Positions 57,797 to 64,000 of a stretch of DNA of 64,000 nucleotides are shown here, in pieces (positions within the stretch are counted from its first letter, which is position 1; each line of letters begins with the position of its first letter). The notes under the pieces were generated by a model. That model was not told the DNA's origin and did no database searches. It saw only the letters and a list, made by a program, of their open reading frames with translations. The stretch lies in IMG/VR virus record IMGVR_UViG_3300042350_003801; one strand, given 5' to 3'. Made by a program: the position numbers and the translations under genes. This stretch comes from a virus. Taxonomy: Duplodnaviria; Caudoviricetes.

Positions 57797-58744
57797 TCAG
57801 CCGTCTGCTAGGGCCATAAAGCGTTGTAGGTCTTCATCTTCTTCATCTTCGGCAATTGCTGCTTTTGAATTAGAATAAGAAGTCTCAAGTTCAGCAAGAA
57901 TATCCTCTTTTGGATTGAGAAGTTCTTCAAGGTCTTTTTCCTGCTCTTCAACTGAAGGAGCAGACGTTGCTGGACGGGAGTTAGTCACAGCAGAAAGACG
58001 CTTTTCAAGTTCTTCGTAAGACTTGAACTTTTCGGGAGCAACGATTGCTTGTAGTGAGTGTAGTTGTTCATACACAGTTTCAAGTTTATCATCATCACCA
58101 CCCAAAAACTCCGTCTGAGATTCAAATTTGCTGTCATCGTAATTGGGCATACTGCGCTCTTTACCACCAATAATAGTTTTGATGGTTTTAGAAATAAGAC
58201 GGAAGTTAGCACCTTCCCAAAAATCAAAGGGTTGAATAACTGGGTCACCCTCAAATTCGGGCTTCATTGCAGCAACAATCTTGTCAAAGATTTTCTGTCC
58301 GAATCGGAAGATTTTGACAGTCCCTTCTACTGAAGGATCTGCAGGATTGCTCACCACATAAACATTGGCATAATATGAAAGTTTACGTTTCCTGTCGCGG
58401 GCAACGTTCTTATCAGAGTCGTTTCCGCTATTCCAAAGTGCGCTGTTAGAGGTGCAAATCGAGCACTGTTCGCCTAGAGTAGTCGGGCAGTTTTCAATAA
58501 GCCACTTACCATTCACCTGGAAGCCGTGATTATAGAGCCTTACGAATGGGGCGTCTTCACCGCCGGGAGCGGGTAGAAAACGTAGAATTGCACGACCATT
58601 ACCAGCCTTATCCGTTTCAAGTTTGAAAACGTTAAGGTCGTCGGAATATGAACCGCTATTCAGTTTTTCGGCTTCCTTCAGAAGTTTTTCTGTAAGAGCA
58701 CCGATACCTGACTTGCTCTGCTTTTTAAGTTGTTTGAAATCCAT
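57797..58744 (-). CDS. gp32: Single-stranded DNA-binding protein gp32
   Basis: GNG.A..RFLPA, H.FQ..GKW.IENC.TT, KRKLSYYAN, PFD.WEGANF; acidic tail. Confidence 0.95.
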   Translation of the reverse strand: MDFKQLKKQSKSGIGALTEKLLKEAEKLNSGSYSDDLNVFKLETDKAGNGRAILRFLPAPGGEDAPFVRLYNHGFQVNGKWLIENCPTTLGEQCSICTSNSALWNSGNDSDKNVARDRKRKLSYYANVYVVSNPADPSVEGTVKIFRFGQKIFDKIVAAMKPEFEGDPVIQPFDFWEGANFRLISKTIKTIIGGKERSMPNYDDSKFESQTEFLGGDDDKLETVYEQLHSLQAIVAPEKFKSYEELEKRLSAVTNSRPATSAPSVEEQEKDLEELLNPKEDILAELETSYSNSKAAIAEDEEDEDLQRFMALADG

Positions 58745-58822
58745 AGTGCGTTAAATTGCGTTAAATGTTTGTGTTTGCGTTTTGGAAACTTTTTGAAATC
58801 AACGGTTTGCCAACCAATTTAT

Positions 58823-59563
58823 TTAGAAGAGTGTGTCTAGGGCATTTGGAACGGGAGTTTTGTTTATTCTCTCGGAGCCAAGTTTGAAATACTCCCCATC
58901 TAATTCAATACCAATAAATCCTCTTCCCGTCTTCTTTGTCGCAACACCGGTAGTGCCACTACCAAAGCAATTATCTAAAACTACATCGTTTTCATTTGTG
59001 TAGGTCTTAATAAGATATTCCATTAAAGGAACTGGCTTTTGAGTTGGGTGTAATCCCTTTTCCTGTTTAAATTGAAGAACAGTTTTAGGATATCTTGTTC
59101 CTTCTGGGTTATCTCTATGTTTGGAATCTAGGTCACCATACACTTCACCCAACTTCTTCTGTTTTGATTTAAACCCACCATAAGGAGTAGAGATTGTCAT
59201 CTGTGGGTTATACTTCGGCCTCTTTCTATAAAAGACAACGATGTTTTCGTGAGCTTTTAATGGTTGTATCTTGGCAACCATTGGGTTTGTACCCTGTGGC
59301 TTTTCCCATATCCATTCATATCTAAAGTTTTTTAGATTAGATGAAATAAGAGAAGTGGTAAAAGGTTGAGATGCAGTGAATACCATTGCGGCATCTTCTT
59401 TTGCAATCCGGTTGTATTGCTCCCATAGCGGCTCAAATGGAATAAGAATATCAAACTTTGCGGCAGTTATTTCATAAGGAAGGTCAGCAAGAATCATATC
59501 AACTGAATCATCTGGAATAGTCTTCATTATTTCGAGACAGTCACCCTGATAAAGTTCAATCAA
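58823..59563 (-). CDS. N6/N4 DNA methyltransferase (beta class)
   Basis: DLPY, HPTQKP, LDNCFGSGTTG. Confidence 0.9.
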   Translation of the reverse strand: MIELYQGDCLEIMKTIPDDSVDMILADLPYEITAAKFDILIPFEPLWEQYNRIAKEDAAMVFTASQPFTTSLISSNLKNFRYEWIWEKPQGTNPMVAKIQPLKAHENIVVFYRKRPKYNPQMTISTPYGGFKSKQKKLGEVYGDLDSKHRDNPEGTRYPKTVLQFKQEKGLHPTQKPVPLMEYLIKTYTNENDVVLDNCFGSGTTGVATKKTGRGFIGIELDGEYFKLGSERINKTPVPNALDTLF

Positions 59564-60143
59564 TCGTAATTACCTCCGGTTGAATATTTGATACTTCTAG
59601 ATTTATTGTAGTCCAGAGTTGTCCACTTAAAGATTGTTGAATTACGGCTTGGTATCTATCAGTTTTACAGAACCAGCCACTTTGTTTTCCCATCTTTGAA
59701 TATTTCGGTTGCCAGTCGGCCTCTGAGTAGTTGAGAATATTGGTATCAAAAGAGAATAGGTAGTATTCTTTTCTTTCTGCTTTCCTTGTACTTGTTGCAA
59801 GACAGACATATGCATCTTCTTGCTTATCGGAAAAGAACTTTAGCTTTTGCCTAAGAGTTTTATATTCTCCACTTCTTGAACCACTAATTTGTAGGGTATT
59901 GTTGGTTGGGCTATATTTTCCACTCTTATTTGAAATCTTAATGGTTCTTCCTTCAATCGTGCAGATTTGATCTTTTCCTACAGAATGAGAGCGATCTGGC
60001 CTCCAATCTGAATAACCTTCAATATCTTCAATGGACTTTGCAAATATCTCTTCCCAGTATTCGGCAATAACTGGTAGTTCGTAAAGTTTATGGTGTTCTC
60101 TTATTCTATATTCAATTCTGGTTTTTAAATCATTGTCTATCAA
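59556..60143 (-). CDS. Hypothetical protein, possible PD-(D/E)XK nuclease
   Basis: E..D..ISNKSG arrangement; coupled to the methyltransferase gene. Confidence 0.4.
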   Translation of the reverse strand: MIDNDLKTRIEYRIREHHKLYELPVIAEYWEEIFAKSIEDIEGYSDWRPDRSHSVGKDQICTIEGRTIKISNKSGKYSPTNNTLQISGSRSGEYKTLRQKLKFFSDKQEDAYVCLATSTRKAERKEYYLFSFDTNILNYSEADWQPKYSKMGKQSGWFCKTDRYQAVIQQSLSGQLWTTINLEVSNIQPEVITID

Positions 60144-60453
60144 TTTCCTTTCTCATTTCATCAATTAAGTATTGGACGCTATTAAGAGCATCTTGAATTG
60201 TATCCTCGCCAAATAATCTTGAACAATCTTGAATTCTTTGCTTCATTTCTTGGGCTTCTTTATCTTCTGATAGACTCAATCTTGCATAAAATAGATTGAT
60301 TTTATCTAGCATATTCTGAAGAGTATCAACTCTTTCAGACTTCTCTCGTAGACTTAGAGTTGGAAAAATTAAGATATTTTCAGATATAACTGAACCAAGT
60401 TTTGAAATATTTTCAATTTCTTCTTGAACAATAGGAGAATCAAAGAAACTCAT
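60130..60453 (-). CDS. Hypothetical core-block protein
   Basis: 107-aa ORF following gp59. Confidence 0.65.
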   Translation of the reverse strand: MSFFDSPIVQEEIENISKLGSVISENILIFPTLSLREKSERVDTLQNMLDKINLFYARLSLSEDKEAQEMKQRIQDCSRLFGEDTIQDALNSVQYLIDEMRKEIDRQ

Positions 60454-61040
60454 TGAATGTATTTGCGTATTATGTTCTTGTATTTAGAGGAATCAAAATC
60501 AAGAAATGGTGCAAACTTTTCAATTTTATTGCTAACTAATGTCCATATTGGGTCTTGCAATGCCTCATCATATTTTTCCTTCAAATTCAAAATCTCAACA
60601 AAGAGAAAGAAGGTTTCAAATTTTATTGAGTTGTTAAGGTAACTTCTTAGAAGTTTTGGATGCTTTGAGCTATCTACCTTAACAACTTCAAATAAGTGTT
60701 GTGACTCCGTTAATTTTTTAAGATCTTGCTCAAAGATATAAGATAGAGATTCTCTAATTCTTTTACTCTCTAGGTAAATTTTTTCCCCATTTTTTATAAT
60801 ATCTCCCACCCAAAGAGAGGATGGATTATCTGATGCAACAAAGTTAGAAACAAAGAAATCTACAATCTCCTGGGGCTTTTTCTTTCTACTCAGTCGTTCA
60901 AAAAACAACCGGTCTTTACTCTTTTTGAATGTTTCGGGGGAGCATTTAATCTTTCCTTGATACTTAAAAAAGTCGTATGAAGGTGTAGAAAAATGCCTCT
61001 TTATTGCCAAATATTTTACATAAGTCTCATAAGGATTCAC
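60450..61040 (-). CDS. gp59: Helicase loader gp59
   Basis: Y..YLAIK.HF....YDFFKY.GK, D..FFE.LSRK. Confidence 0.9.
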   Translation of the reverse strand: MNPYETYVKYLAIKRHFSTPSYDFFKYQGKIKCSPETFKKSKDRLFFERLSRKKKPQEIVDFFVSNFVASDNPSSLWVGDIIKNGEKIYLESKRIRESLSYIFEQDLKKLTESQHLFEVVKVDSSKHPKLLRSYLNNSIKFETFFLFVEILNLKEKYDEALQDPIWTLVSNKIEKFAPFLDFDSSKYKNIIRKYIQ

Positions 61041-61240
61041 GGGTTTTTAATAATTTCGGGTATAATATATGTTTGAAAATACTCTTCAAATTTTTTCTTC
61101 AATTCACGGTCTTCAATTCTCTGGGAAAATCCTAAAACCTCTTTTGTTGCTAACCAGTAGATTGTTCCATTATTATCTTTAGTTCTCGTTAGACTAGAGT
61201 AACCTAGGCCAGTAAAATGATAAGAACTTCTAATTATCAT
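61037..61240 (-). CDS. Small hypothetical protein
   Basis: 67-aa coupled ORF. Confidence 0.5.
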   Translation of the reverse strand: MIIRSSYHFTGLGYSSLTRTKDNNGTIYWLATKEVLGFSQRIEDRELKKKFEEYFQTYIIPEIIKNP

Positions 61241-61500
61241 AAAGGTAGCCTTGCCTTTGATGTTCGCTTCAAGAAGTTCAGTTTGATTGCATCTCCTTGA
61301 ATTCTATCTTTGAGGGTCTTTGAAATTAGTTTTGTAATCGACTCAATATCAATGCTATTGACCTCACAATATTCAGTGATTGCGGTAATATAATTCAAGT
61401 CATCCCTTTTAGAGACAAGAATCTCTATCTCTTTGGCAAACTTGTCTGGACAGAGAAACTTTTTTTCTAGTTCTTTTTGTAGTTCTTCAGAGGCATTCAT
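61237..61500 (-). CDS. gp33: Late transcription co-activator gp33
   Basis: F..EIE..V......YI.AI..YCE...ID......LISK.LK..I..DA..LNFL. Confidence 0.85.
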   Translation of the reverse strand: MNASEELQKELEKKFLCPDKFAKEIEILVSKRDDLNYITAITEYCEVNSIDIESITKLISKTLKDRIQGDAIKLNFLKRTSKARLPL

Positions 61501-62204
61501 TGATTATCGGTGATAAATTTGTTGATATATTTTCTAAGAAGTTTGACATATTTTTGAAGGTCTTTCTCGATGTAAACCTCAACTTCTCCGTTTTGACAAG
61601 ACATAATAATCACAAGTTGTTTTGGCATTACACCAAATCGTTCAGCATACATATAGGCATATGAAAAACACTGAACAAAATAACCTTCAATCCACTCTAA
61701 TTTTTTGGGCTCCACAGAAGTCTTATGGTCAATAACACTAAGAACTCCATCAAACTCTGCAATCATATCTGGAGTTCCAGCAAGTTCCCAATCAAAAGAA
61801 TAAAGAGGAACCTCAATTGTATGAATCTTTCCAATTCTATTGAAGGTAGAAAGAGCATTGTTGAATAAAAACTTAGCGAGGGCAGACTTTTCAGGAATGT
61901 CTTCGTTTTTAAAGTATGACTCAGAAAGAGCGTGATATTGAGTTCCTAGGGTTGTTGCAAACTTGATGACACGTTTTGCCTCATCTTCACCAACTCTTTC
62001 TCTCCATTCGGCAATCTTCTCTTTAGAGTAATTAGAAGTAACTGATGTAACGGAGATAAAAGTTTTATAGTCTTCAAAATCTGGAACTTTATAATACCGG
62101 TTGCCGTCTAGCGTCACTCTTTCTATTTTTGGGATATTTAAATCTAGATGTTCAAATAACGGACGTTTGATTTTATTTATTTTTTGTTTTAGGGTGATAC
62201 CCAT
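61497..62204 (-). CDS. PD-(D/E)XK exonuclease
   Basis: SVTSV, GT..H, E..LYS....AGT.D.IAEFDG..SVID.KTS. Confidence 0.85.
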   Translation of the reverse strand: MGITLKQKINKIKRPLFEHLDLNIPKIERVTLDGNRYYKVPDFEDYKTFISVTSVTSNYSKEKIAEWRERVGEDEAKRVIKFATTLGTQYHALSESYFKNEDIPEKSALAKFLFNNALSTFNRIGKIHTIEVPLYSFDWELAGTPDMIAEFDGVLSVIDHKTSVEPKKLEWIEGYFVQCFSYAYMYAERFGVMPKQLVIIMSCQNGEVEVYIEKDLQKYVKLLRKYINKFITDNQ

Positions 62205-62253
62205 TTTTCCTCGCTCTGGAGTGGTAACACCCTAGCACATCTTCTCGAATTTG

Positions 62254-63015
62254 TCAAGTGGTCGCGGTTTCCTGCTCGTATTCGTGTTCCGCAATTAGGA
62301 AGCTGCGAACCAAACCTGAGCGGATCACATCTTCAATGCCAAACTGAACCAAATCAAATTCTTCCATTCGTTCAAGAACTTTAGCAAAATCAAGAAAACC
62401 TTTACGTTCGCTCATTTTTGTCAAGTCCGATTGCTTAGAATCACCGGCAAAGAAGATTTTACTATCTTGACCAACACGAGTAATAACCGTTGATAGATGA
62501 TGATAGTTAAGGTTCTGGCACTCATCTACAATAAGTATGCAGTTATCATAAGTTGTTCCTCTAAGAAAAGATACACACATAAAGTCTAGAACTTTTTCGG
62601 CCTTAAGTAGACCATATAGCATTTCAAAATCTTCTTCTGTTGGCAAGTCAAACATAGACTTTACCATATGTTTGTATGGAGATTCAAATGGTGCAATCTT
62701 ATCGCTGACATTACCTGGAACAAAACCAATTTCAAGGGATTGAACAGTTGAACGCACAATGATAATTTTATCATAAGGTGTTCTTTCATTAAGAACATCT
62801 TTAAGGGCATTGTATAATAGAACGTGTGTTTTACCGGTTCCAGGAGAACCATAAGCCAGAATATTTTGTCCTCTTTCGTATGAATCAAAAAGTTTAGCCT
62901 GGTTATCAGTTAGTGGATGCATTTTATGCAATACATCTAAACTGATTGTTCTTTTATTTCTCTTTGGTGCCCTATTGTAGCCTTGTGCGTCTGCGGTCCG
63001 TCTTTTACGAGTCAT
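62254..63015 (-). CDS. phoH: PhoH-family protein
   Basis: G.PGTGKT, RS.V...IGF.PG, FLRG.T, DE.QN, GD..QSDL. Confidence 0.92.
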   Translation of the reverse strand: MTRKRRTADAQGYNRAPKRNKRTISLDVLHKMHPLTDNQAKLFDSYERGQNILAYGSPGTGKTHVLLYNALKDVLNERTPYDKIIIVRSTVQSLEIGFVPGNVSDKIAPFESPYKHMVKSMFDLPTEEDFEMLYGLLKAEKVLDFMCVSFLRGTTYDNCILIVDECQNLNYHHLSTVITRVGQDSKIFFAGDSKQSDLTKMSERKGFLDFAKVLERMEEFDLVQFGIEDVIRSGLVRSFLIAEHEYEQETATT

Positions 63016-63038
63016 TTAGGTTCGTTTAAGGAAATGAG

Positions 63039-63284
63039 TTAGATTTTGCTGATTTTATTTTGAGACCCGGCAGATTTTGAGGCTTTTTGTAGAACCTCAT
63101 TCCATCCCGGATTCTTTTTAACTAGTTTTTCGCGCCATTCTCCGACTTCACCAACATTTATTTGAGTTGGAATGAGTGGTTTGAGATTGGGATTTTGTTC
63201 AAGATACTTTGGCTTTTCATCCATTAGCATCCATTTTTCAAAAATTTCACCAGTTTCTGTATTTTCAAATCTGTATGTCGGCAA
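63039..63284 (-). CDS. FmdB-like small protein
   Basis: MPTY.F....TG..FE motif; late promoter upstream. Confidence 0.6.
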   Translation of the reverse strand: MPTYRFENTETGEIFEKWMLMDEKPKYLEQNPNLKPLIPTQINVGEVGEWREKLVKKNPGWNEVLQKASKSAGSQNKISKI

Positions 63285-63323
63285 CTAATAACTCCTTAAT
63301 GTCTTGACTATTTATCCAAAAAG

Positions 63324-64000
63324 TTACGGGCTTAACCTAGCTTTACGGAATCTCTTCTCTTCATAATAAGCCCAAACATTTGGAGCCCAGCGTTGTAGTT
63401 CTGGTGCAATGCCGGCACATAGAGCCTGAATTTCGAGTTGTGCATCAAGTTTGGCTCTTAGGTCTAGAAAATGTAGAACCGAACGAAGATTAAATGAAAC
63501 TACAAAATTTTGGCGAATAGCCTGGGTAAGGTAATCTCTAATGTGTTCTTCACACATTCCCCTCTCATACTTTGCGGTATAACGTTTACAGCTTTCTAAG
63601 ATATAATTAAATTCGTCTAATCTATCTTCCTCTGTCCATTCATACTTTTTACCCTTACGATTGGCATAGAAGCCAACTGGACGAACATAAAAAACGTCTT
63701 CTACATCTAATTCTCCGCTAGCAACTTTTAAAACCCGCTTCCCGGTATAACGCTGAGACTGAACATCCCAAGTAGTTCCGATGCGATGAGTTCTACCTTG
63801 AACCATAACATTATGCACAAACCCGGCACAAGAAAACGTAATCTGCGGATGCTCTAAGCATCCAAAGTGACCGCGATCATTAGCGAGAAGTTGTTCAACG
63901 ATCCATTCACCACATTTCTGAGGAGTAGGAGTTTCAACTTGATGAATAGGAACTTCCGAGTAATCATTTTTACCCGCTTGCCATACAACCTGTTCTGGAA
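63324..64000 (-). CDS. thyX: Flavin-dependent thymidylate synthase (5' partial)
   Basis: Frame open to the window end; RGH.GCLEHP, Q.RTHR....VQS.RY, N.RS..HFLDLR. Confidence 0.92.
   Translation of the reverse strand, partial: PEQVVWQAGKNDYSEVPIHQVETPTPQKCGEWIVEQLLANDRGHFGCLEHPQITFSCAGFVHNVMVQGRTHRIGTTWDVQSQRYTGKRVLKVASGELDVEDVFYVRPVGFYANRKGKKYEWTEEDRLDEFNYILESCKRYTAKYERGMCEEHIRDYLTQAIRQNFVVSFNLRSVLHFLDLRAKLDAQLEIQALCAGIAPELQRWAPNVWAYYEEKRFRKARLSP

Noticed and set aside
61497-62204. Cas4-like nuclease as part of a CRISPR system
   Set aside because: Ordinary phage exonuclease next to phoH; no array.
1-64000. Reverse transcriptase, DGR template repeat, tnpA or integrase in the window
   Set aside because: No ORF shows YxDD RT, HUH Y1 or recombinase motifs that I can recognise, and no pure (GCCGCCAGGAAT)n tract was seen, so the DGR and cassette ideas remain hypotheses.

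Overview
64 kb of a T4-like myophage genome, most likely a cyanophage (cyanobacterial-type ThyX, LysRS and SerRS, plus PhoH and the cyanophage-like gp32-gp53-gp48-gp2-gp4-gp26-gp51-gp5 block). The right part (about 41.7-64 kb) is core: baseplate, replication and late-transcription genes. The left part (1-41.7 kb) is mostly accessory. It holds an RNA end-healing/sealing set, full-length LysRS, a truncated SerRS, an NAD+ salvage/de-ADP-ribosylation cluster, a 2028-aa tail fibre and three tnpA-less tnpB genes behind phage late promoters. Four items stand out. (1) A paralog family (MNYS...LGPNY...FW...ATYEL.GMH...FVPLF) occurs as 14 near-complete copies and 4 fragments. Four copies carry GCCGCC-NGG-NNT 12-bp arrays whose invariant positions contain no adenine, which resembles DGR-type A-to-N diversification, but no reverse transcriptase or template is visible in the window. 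(2) A covarying structured leader sits upstream of two tnpB copies. (3) About 17 copies of a 22-23 bp dyad mark early promoters and often supply the stop codon of the upstream gene. (4) Two ORF-less promoter-to-terminator units are candidate small RNAs. All calls are from manual reading; no database searches were run.
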